DNA of 64,000 bases from contig CBDFKD010000002.1 in the NCBI GenBank assembly GCA_965248695.1, positions 4,800,001 through 4,864,000 of the forward strand. The letters are read 5' to 3'. A program made the translations under genes and the position numbers. The notes beneath the pieces are model-generated. The model was not told where the DNA came from, ran no database searches, and saw only the letters and a list, made by a program, of their open reading frames with translations. The DNA is from Acidobacteriota bacterium. GTDB taxonomy: Bacteria > Acidobacteriota > UBA890 > WLXD01. How positions within the stretch are numbered: the first letter of the stretch is position 1; the number at the start of each line of letters is the position of its first letter. Positions 32,277 through 41,307 of the stretch are shown in pieces.

Positions 32277-33035
32277 ATGGCCGCGCCGCTCGCCGACATC
32301 GTCGCTTTCCTGGACCGGTACCTCGACATCGGAGCGATCCCCGACGCGTCGTTGAACGGCCTTCAGGTCGAGGCCGGCGTCGAGGTCGAGCGCATTGCGG
32401 TAGCTGTAGACGCGGCGGCCGAGACGATCGCGTTGGCGGCCGACGCCGGCTGTCAGCTGATGATCGTCCACCACGGGCTTCTTTGGGGCGACCAGGCGCC
32501 GATCAGCGGCCGCCTCGGCACCCGCGTCAGGCAGTCCTTCGCCCGCGGGGTATCGATCTACGCCGCCCACCTGCCACTCGACGTGCACCCGGAGGTGGGC
32601 AACAACGCGTTGCTTGCTCGCGCCCTGGAGGCCGAGCCCGAAGCTCGCTTCGGCGACTATAACGGGCTGCAGATCGGCACCTTGGCGCGCCTGCAGGAGG
32701 GGCTGCCGCTGGCCGCCCTGGCGGGTCGCCTCGCCGCCGTTGGTTGCGACGACCAGGTGATATGGGCCTTCGGCGCTGATGAGGTGAATACGATTGCCGT
32801 GATTACAGGCAGCGGCTGTAGCGCGCTCGACGCAGCTGCGGCACTGAACGCCGACTGCTTCATTACCGGCGAGCCACGGCACTCTGCCTATCATGATGCC
32901 TGCGAGGTCGGCCTGAACTGTATCTTCGCCGGCCACTACGCCACCGAGACGTTCGGCGTACGGGCGCTCGGTGACCTGATCGCGGCGCGCTTTGCGGTCG
33001 AGTCGCAGTGGATCGATGTTCCTACGGGTATCTGA
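32277..33035 (+). CDS. Nif3/YbgI-like dinuclear metal protein
   Basis: NGLQV, VHHGL, HLPLD.HPEVGNN and GHYATE. Confidence 0.93.
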   Translation: MAAPLADIVAFLDRYLDIGAIPDASLNGLQVEAGVEVERIAVAVDAAAETIALAADAGCQLMIVHHGLLWGDQAPISGRLGTRVRQSFARGVSIYAAHLPLDVHPEVGNNALLARALEAEPEARFGDYNGLQIGTLARLQEGLPLAALAGRLAAVGCDDQVIWAFGADEVNTIAVITGSGCSALDAAAALNADCFITGEPRHSAYHDACEVGLNCIFAGHYATETFGVRALGDLIAARFAVESQWIDVPTGI

Positions 33036-33036
33036 G

Positions 33037-33921
33037 ATGAGCGACAGGGCGCGCGACGAACACGAGATCCGCCGTCTGGGGAGCGTCGACGAATACGTCG
33101 CCTGCGAGGATCTCCAGCGCCGGGCGTGGAATTTCGACGGTGACCTGGACGTTATCCCGCGCACTCAGCTGGTCGCCGCACAGGGCGCGGGCGGGATCGT
33201 GCTGGGAGCGTTCGATACGGCGGAGCGATTGGTCGGGTTCTGCTACGGGTTCCGCGGCGAGGACGCCCGGGGTCGACAGGTGCACTACTCGCACATGCTC
33301 GCGGTGGACGCGTCGATGCGCTCCAGCGGACTCGGTGCGCGCCTCAAGTGGGCCCAGCGCGAGCTGGCGCTGGAGCAGGGATTGAGGCTGATGGCCTGGA
33401 CCTTCGATCCGCTGCAGTCGCTGAACGCCTACCTCAACTTCAGCAAGCTCGGGATCATCGTCGAGAGCTACTACGAGAATCTCTACGGCGAGACCATCAG
33501 CGCCTTGCATCGAGGCTCACCGACTGACCGCCTACTGGCCAGCTGGCACCTCGAGTCAGCGCGGGTAGCAAATCGCCGGCGCGGCGAGCGTGGCGCGGCG
33601 GTGGACGAGATCGCGGCCGGCCGGGTCACCTTACCGGAGGCTTTGACGGGCGCGCCGGCGAGCCAGGGGCTTTCGATACCCGGCGCATCCGACCTCGACC
33701 TGGAAGCCGATCGGATCGCCTGTGAGATCCCGACTTCGATTCAGCAGGTCAGGGAGCTGGATCCCGAAGCGGTGTTGGCGTGGAGGATGGCAACGCGTCA
33801 GGTATTCCAGCACTATCTGAGCCGCGGCTACTACGTACGTGAGTGTGTTCGGGTGACGGCTCCGCCGCCGCGGACCCTGTTCATTCTCGAGCACGGGGAC
33901 CCCGAGGCGGCTCTCGTTTGA
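33037..33921 (+). CDS. GNAT acyltransferase (D-amino acid N-succinyltransferase-like)
   Basis: YSHMLAV..R..GLG..LK..QR, WTFDPL..NAYLN..KLG and TDRL. Adjacent to OSBS/NSAR. Confidence 0.85.
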   Translation: MSDRARDEHEIRRLGSVDEYVACEDLQRRAWNFDGDLDVIPRTQLVAAQGAGGIVLGAFDTAERLVGFCYGFRGEDARGRQVHYSHMLAVDASMRSSGLGARLKWAQRELALEQGLRLMAWTFDPLQSLNAYLNFSKLGIIVESYYENLYGETISALHRGSPTDRLLASWHLESARVANRRRGERGAAVDEIAAGRVTLPEALTGAPASQGLSIPGASDLDLEADRIACEIPTSIQQVRELDPEAVLAWRMATRQVFQHYLSRGYYVRECVRVTAPPPRTLFILEHGDPEAALV

Positions 33922-33949
33922 GATCGGCAGCCAGGTATCGGAGGAAGGT

Positions 33950-35077
33950 TTGAAGATCGAGGCGTTGGACCTGATTCAGATCCGGATTCCGCTCGTCGGC
34001 TGGTTCGAGATCTCACGCGGTGGCTTTGGCGAGCGCAACATCCTGCTCGTGCGGGCGCATTCGGAAGGGGCGTTCGGTTGGGGCGAGGCAGGAGCGGACC
34101 GGTTGCCCTTCTATACCTACGAGACCAACGGCACATGCCGGCATATCATCGAGGATCTGCTGGCCCCGGAGCTGTTCGATCTGGAGCTGCCGGAGGAGGG
34201 TGCGGCCATGGCCGTCGCCGCCCACATGACGAAATGGCCATGGCACCCGATGGCGAAGGCCGCCGTCGAAGAGGCCGTTTGGGACCTCGAGGCTCGCCGA
34301 CGCGGCGTGCCGGTACACCGCTTGTACGCTGGCGATCGGCCGGTCCGCGATCGCGTCATGGTCGGTATCTCACTCGGCATTCAACAGGATTTCGAGGTGC
34401 TCGCCGAGCAGATCGAATCGGCGCTTGCGCAGGGATACCGCCGCGTAAAGCTGAAGATCGCCAAGGGGATGGACGTCGAGGTCGTCGCCAAGGTGCGGGA
34501 AAGGTTCGGCGATATCCCGCTCATGGTCGATGCCAACTGTGCGTACGGGCGGGAAGACATCCCGCATATCGTCGAGCTCGACCGCTTCGGTCTGGAGATG
34601 ATCGAGCAGCCGTTCGAGTACGACGAGCTCGAGCTGCACGCCGAGCTCCAGGATCAGGTCGAGACGCCGATCTGTCTGGACGAGTCGGCCAAGACGCTGG
34701 AGGTCACCGAGCGCGCGCTGGATGCGAAGGCGGCGCGTATCATCAACATCAAGTGTTCGCGCATGGGCGGCCGGTCGGTTGGCATCGCGGCGCACGATCT
34801 GTGTGAGCGGCGGCAGATCCCGGTGTGGTGTGGCGGCATGCTCGAAGCGGGCGTCGGCAGGCTGCACAACATCGCCGTTGCCGCGCTGCCCAACTTCACG
34901 CTGTCCAACGACCTGTCAGCTTCCCGTCGGTACTGGGACCAGGACATCATCGATCCCGAGGTGGAGCTCGACGGCGATGGGCACGTGCGGGTGCCACAGG
35001 GACCGGGGATCGGTCACGAGGTCTGCGAGGAGCGCATCGAGCGCTATCTCGTCGAGCGTTGGACCCTGCGCGCCTAG
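33950..35077 (+). CDS. menC: o-Succinylbenzoate synthase / N-succinylamino acid racemase (enolase superfamily)
   Basis: KLK, DAN, IEQP, CLDES, NIK, WCGGMLE and DLSAS.RY. Confidence 0.9.
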   Translation: MKIEALDLIQIRIPLVGWFEISRGGFGERNILLVRAHSEGAFGWGEAGADRLPFYTYETNGTCRHIIEDLLAPELFDLELPEEGAAMAVAAHMTKWPWHPMAKAAVEEAVWDLEARRRGVPVHRLYAGDRPVRDRVMVGISLGIQQDFEVLAEQIESALAQGYRRVKLKIAKGMDVEVVAKVRERFGDIPLMVDANCAYGREDIPHIVELDRFGLEMIEQPFEYDELELHAELQDQVETPICLDESAKTLEVTERALDAKAARIINIKCSRMGGRSVGIAAHDLCERRQIPVWCGGMLEAGVGRLHNIAVAALPNFTLSNDLSASRRYWDQDIIDPEVELDGDGHVRVPQGPGIGHEVCEERIERYLVERWTLRA

Positions 35078-35252
35078 CCACCCGCCGGCAGTCGTCGGGT
35101 CGAGTCTTGGCGGGTGACCCCGGTGCGTCCCGGGCGCCGAAGATGTGGAAGAATTAGAGGTCCTGCCTGCGGCCCCGCGCCGCACCCGCGGCGGTTCGAC
35201 CCGGTCATCACACGCTCCGAGCGTCGCCGCAACCAGCCAGAGGATGTCGCCC

Positions 35253-36632
35253 ATGTCCGTCGCGCCAGCGGGAATCTTCCGCGCCTACGACATCCGCGGC
35301 ATTGTCGGCGACGATGTCAACGCGGACGTGTTTCAGCGCATCGGGCGCGCCTACGGCACGCTGGTGGTCCGCAACGGCGGCTCGCGGGTCGTCGTGGGAC
35401 GCGATGGTCGCCTGTCGAGCCCGGAGCTTGCGGTGGCATTCGCCGCCGGAGTGAACGACGCCGGATGTGGGGTGCTGGACGCCGGCCTGGTGCCGACGCC
35501 GATGCTCTACTTCGGCATCCACCACCTGCAAGCGGATGGCGGCGTAGTGGTCACGGCAAGCCACAACCCGGCCGCCTACAACGGCCTCAAGCTGTGCCTC
35601 GGTACACGCACGCTGTTCGGTGACGACATCCAGGCCCTGCGAGCTGCGGTCGAAGCGGACGATGTGGACAGCGGCACCGGGAGCGTCGAGAGCATCGATC
35701 TGGTCGAGCCCTACGTCGACATGGTGAAGGAGCGCGTGCATCTCGAACGCCCGGTACGGGTCGTGATCGACGCCGGCAACGGTGTCGCCGGGATGATCGC
35801 CGCGCGCATGTACCGTGAGCTCGGCTGCGAGGTCGAGGAGATGTACTGCGATGTCGACGGCAACTTCCCCAACCATCATCCCGATCCCACCGTACCCGAG
35901 GCGGTCGAGGAGCTCGGGCGTCGTGTCGTCGACGGTGGCTTCGATCTCGGCTTGGGGTTTGATGGCGACGGGGATCGGGTCGGGGTCATCGACGAGGCCG
36001 GTGAGATCGTCTGGGGCGATCGTCTGACGATCCTGCTGGCGCGCGACATGCTGGAGCGCAACCCGGGTGCGACCGTGATCTTCGACGTCAAGTGCTCCAA
36101 GCTGCTCGGCGATGACATCGCGAGGCACGGCGGTCGACCGCTGATGTGGAAGACCGGGCACTCCTTCATCAAGCAGAAGATCCGTGAGGAGCGGGCGCTC
36201 CTGGCGGGCGAGATGAGCGGCCACCTGTTCTTCGGCGAGAACTTCTTCGGGCACGATGATGCGGTATATGCGGGCGCCAAGCTGATGGAGATCTACTCGC
36301 GGCAGGCCGGCGTTTTCTCCAGTCAACTGGATGACCTCCCCGAGGTGTTCTCGACGCCAGAGATCCGCCACCCGTCGACCGAGGAGCACAAGTTTGCGGT
36401 CTGCGAGCGCCTGCGTGACGATCTCGCCCGCGAATACGACATCGTGGCGATTGACGGCGTACGTTTGGAGCTCGATGACGGATGGGGGCTGGCACGGGCC
36501 AGCAATACGGGGCCGCAGATCATTCTTCGCTTCGAAGCACAGACGCCGGAGCGTCTCGACGAGATCCGACATCTTGTCGAGACTCGCCTCCATCGCGTGG
36601 AAGTGGAGCTGGGTGCGGTAGCGAGCGACTGA
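35253..36632 (+). CDS. Phosphomannomutase/phosphoglucomutase
   Basis: FRAYDIRG, TASHNP, FDGDGDR, GEMSGH and RASNT. Confidence 0.96.
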   Translation: MSVAPAGIFRAYDIRGIVGDDVNADVFQRIGRAYGTLVVRNGGSRVVVGRDGRLSSPELAVAFAAGVNDAGCGVLDAGLVPTPMLYFGIHHLQADGGVVVTASHNPAAYNGLKLCLGTRTLFGDDIQALRAAVEADDVDSGTGSVESIDLVEPYVDMVKERVHLERPVRVVIDAGNGVAGMIAARMYRELGCEVEEMYCDVDGNFPNHHPDPTVPEAVEELGRRVVDGGFDLGLGFDGDGDRVGVIDEAGEIVWGDRLTILLARDMLERNPGATVIFDVKCSKLLGDDIARHGGRPLMWKTGHSFIKQKIREERALLAGEMSGHLFFGENFFGHDDAVYAGAKLMEIYSRQAGVFSSQLDDLPEVFSTPEIRHPSTEEHKFAVCERLRDDLAREYDIVAIDGVRLELDDGWGLARASNTGPQIILRFEAQTPERLDEIRHLVETRLHRVEVELGAVASD

Positions 36633-37726
36633 TGATGGCCGACGACCACGATCCACACGCCTATGCCGTGATCATGGCTGGCGGTGGCGGCACCCGCTTC
36701 TGGCCGCTGTCGCGGCAGGACCGGCCGAAGCAGTTCTTGCCGATCGTGGGCGCCGACTCGATGTTGCGACAGACCTGGGATCGAACCGTAGCCGTGGTCG
36801 GCGATCCCGATCGCGTGCTGGTGGTCACCGCCGCGTCGTACGCCGATCTCACTGCGCAAGAGCTCCCGGAGCTACTGCCGGCCAATCTGTTGGCCGAGCC
36901 ACAGGCGCGCAACACCGCCCCGTGTCTCGCATGGAGCGCCGCGGTGCTGGCGCAGAGGGATCCCGAAGCGATCATGCTGGTCTTTCCGGCCGATCACGTC
37001 GTCGCTGATGTCGATGGCCTCCGCGACACGGCTGCCGCCGGCGCAGTGGCGGCGCGCGATGGTTACCTGGTCACTTTCGGCGTGCCCCCCAGGTACGCCG
37101 AGACCGGCTACGGCTACGTCGAGACCGGCGCGGCGCTGGAGCTGGCGGGAGGCTCGACCAAGCTGCCGATCAGCGCCGTGCTCGCGTTCAGAGAGAAGCC
37201 CGACGCCGACACCGCGGAGCGCTATGTGGCGGACGGCTCGTTCCTTTGGAACAGCGGGATGTTCGTCTGGGAAGCGCGTACGTTGCTCGCGGCGATGCGT
37301 CAGCATCTCCCCGACGCTCTGGAGGCGGCCAACGCGATGCTCGCCGCCACCACCGCTGAGAGCCGTGCAGAGGCCTACCGGGCGATGCCCGCCACCTCCA
37401 TCGACTACGGCATCATGGAGCGCGCCGACAATGTCGCGTGCGTGAAGGCGGCGTTCGACTGGTCCGACGTCGGCTCGTGGGAGGCGCTCAAGGAGCTGCT
37501 GGCAGGCGACGACCTGGGCAACGTCGTTCATGGCCAGGTGGTTGCAATCGACTCGGCAGACAATCTGGTGCATGTCTCCGACGATGTGGTGGCGCTGCTG
37601 GGAGTCGAGGGGCTCGCGGTCGTACGCGCCGGCGGCGTGTTGATGGTCGCTTCCCTGCAACGCTCCCAGCAGATCAAGGAGCTGCGCGACAAGGTAGCCG
37701 AAGCCACGCAGGACAGGTTTCTCTGA
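36632..37726 (+). CDS. manC: Mannose-1-phosphate guanylyltransferase
   Basis: MAGGGGTRFWPLSR..PKQF, EP..RNTAP, FREKP, WNSGMF, SIDY and WSDVGSW. Confidence 0.95.
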   Translation: MMADDHDPHAYAVIMAGGGGTRFWPLSRQDRPKQFLPIVGADSMLRQTWDRTVAVVGDPDRVLVVTAASYADLTAQELPELLPANLLAEPQARNTAPCLAWSAAVLAQRDPEAIMLVFPADHVVADVDGLRDTAAAGAVAARDGYLVTFGVPPRYAETGYGYVETGAALELAGGSTKLPISAVLAFREKPDADTAERYVADGSFLWNSGMFVWEARTLLAAMRQHLPDALEAANAMLAATTAESRAEAYRAMPATSIDYGIMERADNVACVKAAFDWSDVGSWEALKELLAGDDLGNVVHGQVVAIDSADNLVHVSDDVVALLGVEGLAVVRAGGVLMVASLQRSQQIKELRDKVAEATQDRFL

Positions 37727-37747
37727 TGTCCGACCGACGGTACATCC

Positions 37748-38971
37748 GTGCCTGAGCTGGCGCTGGTCGGCGGCGACCCGGTCCGTACGCAACCGTTCCC
37801 GCGCTCGCCCCAGGCCGGGGAGCGGGAGCGCGAGCTTCTGGGCGTGGTCTTGGATTCTGGCGACTGGGATAGCCGTCACGGGCAGTTCGTGCGGCGGTTC
37901 GAGGCCGAGTTCGCGGCCTTCCAGGGCGCCGGCTACGCGATCTGTGTGAGCAACGGCGAGGCTGCCCTACGCACGGCTCTCGATGCCATGGAGATCGAGC
38001 CCGGGTCGGAGGTCGTTGTCCCCGCCTATACGTTCGTGGCGTCGGCTACGGCCGTGCTACAGGCCGGGCTCGTGCCGGTGTTCGCCGATGTCGATCGACG
38101 CTCGTACGGTCTGGACGCGCGCGCCGTCGAATCGGTGTTGAGCGATCGGACGGCGGCGATCATGCCCGTTCATATCGGCGGTGTGCCGGCGAGCATGCGC
38201 CCGTTGCAGAGCCTGGCAGAGCGCGAGGGACTGGCCATCATCGAAGACGCGGCCCAGGCCTGGGGTTCGCGATACGACGGCGCTGGCCTGGGCACGATCG
38301 GCAAAGCCGGCGGCTTCTCCTTCCACGCCAGCAAGAACCTGACATGTGGCGAGGGCGGTGTCGTACTTACCAATGACGGAGATCTGGCGGAGCGCTGCCG
38401 GTCGGTAGCCAACAACGGCCGTGCGCCGGTAGGTGGCCGCTATACGCATGTCCGGCTCGGCGGCAACTTCCGCTTGTCAGAGTTCCAGGGCGCCGTCCTG
38501 TGCGCGGCGCTGGAACGCTACCCGGAGGAGCTCGAACGTCGCGCCGCCAACGCAGCACAGCTGCGCCAGGCCCTGCGGGAGGTCCCCGGGGTCATCTGTC
38601 AGGCGCTCCCACCAGGTACCGAGCAGTGCTCGTGGCACTTGCTCGTTGTTCGCATCGACAGCCGGGCCTTCGGCGGTGCTTCGAAGCGCGCCTGCGTGGA
38701 TGCGCTCGTCGCCGAAGGCATACCTGCGTCGGCGGGCTACGACGCTCCGGTCTACAGCCAGCCGCTCTTCGATGACACGCGTCGGGCGCCGCATCGGAGC
38801 GGCGACTGCGGTGTTGCCGAGCACGCCTGCGCGAGCGAAGCTGTGTGGGTCCGCCACACTGCGCTCCTCGGCAGCGTCGAAGACGCCTTGGACGTAGCCC
38901 GCGCCTTCGAGAAGGTTCAACGTCACGCCGCTGAGCTGGCACCAGCCGATCCGTTTCTGACGCCTCTCTGA
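37748..38971 (+). CDS. DegT/DnrJ/EryC1/StrS PLP aminotransferase
   Basis: VPAYTFVASA, IIEDAAQAWG and FSFHASKNLTCGEGG. Confidence 0.92.
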   Translation: MPELALVGGDPVRTQPFPRSPQAGERERELLGVVLDSGDWDSRHGQFVRRFEAEFAAFQGAGYAICVSNGEAALRTALDAMEIEPGSEVVVPAYTFVASATAVLQAGLVPVFADVDRRSYGLDARAVESVLSDRTAAIMPVHIGGVPASMRPLQSLAEREGLAIIEDAAQAWGSRYDGAGLGTIGKAGGFSFHASKNLTCGEGGVVLTNDGDLAERCRSVANNGRAPVGGRYTHVRLGGNFRLSEFQGAVLCAALERYPEELERRAANAAQLRQALREVPGVICQALPPGTEQCSWHLLVVRIDSRAFGGASKRACVDALVAEGIPASAGYDAPVYSQPLFDDTRRAPHRSGDCGVAEHACASEAVWVRHTALLGSVEDALDVARAFEKVQRHAAELAPADPFLTPL

Positions 38972-39038
38972 ATCCCGCACGACGCGGCGCATATGCCATG
39001 TTGCGACGCCAAGCCCGGGCCATAGCCGAGAAATCTCC

Positions 39039-40427
39039 ATGACCGACGCGCCCACTCTGCAGAGCCTCGATTCGCTGGTGTCGTTGTGCAAGCGCCGTGG
39101 ATTCATCTTCCAGAGCAGTGAGATCTACGGCGGCCTCAACGGGTTCTGGGACTACGGTCCGCTCGGCGTCGAGCTTCGTCGCCGGGTGCTCGATCTCTGG
39201 TGGAGCCGCCTGGTCGTGCAGCGCGACGATGTCGTCGGGTTCGATGCTTCAATCATCATGCACCCGCGGGTCTGGGAGGCATCTGGCCACGTCGATTCGT
39301 TCTACGACATGATGGTGGACTGCAAGGAGTGCAACCGTCGATTTCGGCTCGACCACCTCATCCAGGCAGCCGTCGACGCCGGCGATCTCGGCAAGATCTT
39401 CCCGGGCTATGAGGGCGATACGCCTCCGTCGGACGGGTCCATCCCCAGTCGCTGCCCGGCTTGCGAAGGTGAGCTGACGGCGCCCCGTCAGTTCGGCCTG
39501 ATGTTCGAGACCCATGTCGGTGCGGCGGCCGATTCCAAGTCGGTCGCCTACCTGCGGCCGGAAACCGCCCAGGCCATCTTCGTGAACTTCCGCAACGTGC
39601 AGCTGTCGACACGCATGAAAGTGCCGTTCGGGATCGCCCAGGTCGGCAAGGCGTTTCGCAACGAGGTCACGCCGCGCAACTTCACTTTTCGCTCTCGCGA
39701 GTTCGAGCAGATGGAGATGGAGTTCTTCGTGCACGCTGAAGAGGAGCGCGAGTGGTTCGACTACTGGGTTGAGCAGCGGCATCGGTGGTACGAGGAGCTC
39801 GGTATCGGGTCGGAACGGCTGCGACTCCGAGAGCACACGTCCGACGAGCTGGCGCACTATGCGAGCTACACGACCGATGTCGAGTACCGGTTTCCCTTCG
39901 GGTGGGCCGAGCTGGAGGGCATCGCCAACCGCGGCTGTTTCGACCTGAGCCAGCATGCCGAGCACTCGGGCAAGGATCAGAGCTACTTCGATCCGGCGCG
40001 TAACGAAAAGTACGTGCCATCGGTCATCGAGACTTCCGCCGGACTCGATCGCACGGTGCTGACGGTGCTGGCGGATGCGTTTGCAGTCGACGAGATCGGT
40101 GGTCAGGAGCGCACCGTGCTGCGATTGGCTCCGCATGTGGCGCCGCGCCAGGTATCGGTGTTTCCGTTGGTCAAGAAGCTGGCACAGCCGGCGCACCAGC
40201 TGGCGGATACTCTGCGCGCGCGCTTTGGCGTCCTCTACGATGACGCCGGCAGCATCGGCAAGCGCTACCGCCGCGAGGACGAGGTGGGCACTCCCTTCTG
40301 CGTCACGGTGGACTTCGACACGCTCGAGGACAACGCCGTTACGGTGCGCGACCGCGACACCACGGAACAGGAGCGTGTCGGACTGGATGCCCTGCCGGGA
40401 TATCTCGGCGAGCGTCTCGGCGGCTAG
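39039..40427 (+). CDS. glyQS: Glycine--tRNA ligase (homodimeric alpha2 type)
   Basis: CKRRGF, YLRPETAQ, FRNEVTPRNFTFRSREFEQME and SIGKRYRREDEVGTP. Confidence 0.96.
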   Translation: MTDAPTLQSLDSLVSLCKRRGFIFQSSEIYGGLNGFWDYGPLGVELRRRVLDLWWSRLVVQRDDVVGFDASIIMHPRVWEASGHVDSFYDMMVDCKECNRRFRLDHLIQAAVDAGDLGKIFPGYEGDTPPSDGSIPSRCPACEGELTAPRQFGLMFETHVGAAADSKSVAYLRPETAQAIFVNFRNVQLSTRMKVPFGIAQVGKAFRNEVTPRNFTFRSREFEQMEMEFFVHAEEEREWFDYWVEQRHRWYEELGIGSERLRLREHTSDELAHYASYTTDVEYRFPFGWAELEGIANRGCFDLSQHAEHSGKDQSYFDPARNEKYVPSVIETSAGLDRTVLTVLADAFAVDEIGGQERTVLRLAPHVAPRQVSVFPLVKKLAQPAHQLADTLRARFGVLYDDAGSIGKRYRREDEVGTPFCVTVDFDTLEDNAVTVRDRDTTEQERVGLDALPGYLGERLGG

Positions 40428-40517
40428 ACAACATGCGGCAAGGCAACGTGCAACCGAATCCTGCTACGGGACGCTAGCCGACCATGCGGGCGTCACACAC
40501 CAGGAGGCGCGCTCGTC

Positions 40518-41237
40518 GTGGCGGCTCGCAAGCGTAGGCGCTCGCGCGCGCTGGCGACACAGCAGCTGGCGCTGGAGGCGTTGCACGATCGGCTCGCAGT
40601 GCTCTACGGGAAGCCGAAGCCCACACGGGCGCTGCCGCCGCTCGACGAGCTCGTCCTGACGATCCTGTCGCAGAACACTACCGATACGAACCGCGATCGC
40701 GCCTGGGAGCAGCTGCGCCAGCGCTTCCCCGATTGGGCCGGCGTGGCCGCCGCATCGCTACAAGCGCTCGAAGAGGCCCTACAACCGGGAGGATTGCAGC
40801 GCGTAAAGGCGCGGCGGATCCAGGAGACCCTGGTGCGTATCCACGACCAGCACGGAGCGTACGCTCTCGATCACCTGCGCGACATGGATCTCGAGGCGGC
40901 GCGCGCCGAGCTCAGCGACATCAAGGGCCTAGGCGCCAAGAGCGTCAACTGCATCCTGCTGTTCTCGCTGCGGCGGCAGGCGTTTCCAGTGGACACGCAC
41001 GTTTTCCGCGTCCTTCAACGGTTGGGCGTTCACCGTCAACGCGACCTCGGGCGAGCGAACGACGAGCTCCAGGATGCCGTGCCCGAGGGGGCGGCCTTTC
41101 CGCTGCACGTCAACGTCATCACTCACGGTCGCCAGGTATGCCACGCCCGGCGTCCCGAGTGCTGGCGGTGCGGGATAGAAGACCTGTGCGGCTTCGGCGA
41201 CAAGAACTTGGAGCCACCGGCCGCGACGAGACGGTAG
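40518..41237 (+). CDS. Endonuclease III-family HhH-GPD DNA glycosylase with 4Fe-4S motif
   Basis: TILSQNT, GLGAKS (HhH Lys), FPVDTHV and C-x6-C-x2-C-x5-C. Confidence 0.92.
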   Translation: MAARKRRRSRALATQQLALEALHDRLAVLYGKPKPTRALPPLDELVLTILSQNTTDTNRDRAWEQLRQRFPDWAGVAAASLQALEEALQPGGLQRVKARRIQETLVRIHDQHGAYALDHLRDMDLEAARAELSDIKGLGAKSVNCILLFSLRRQAFPVDTHVFRVLQRLGVHRQRDLGRANDELQDAVPEGAAFPLHVNVITHGRQVCHARRPECWRCGIEDLCGFGDKNLEPPAATRR

Positions 41238-41307
41238 ACTGCCCGAGGTGCCGGGTGTGGCCGGCGTCACGGGGAGCCGGGGTGACCGAGCCGGCCTGGA
41301 GTATGCA

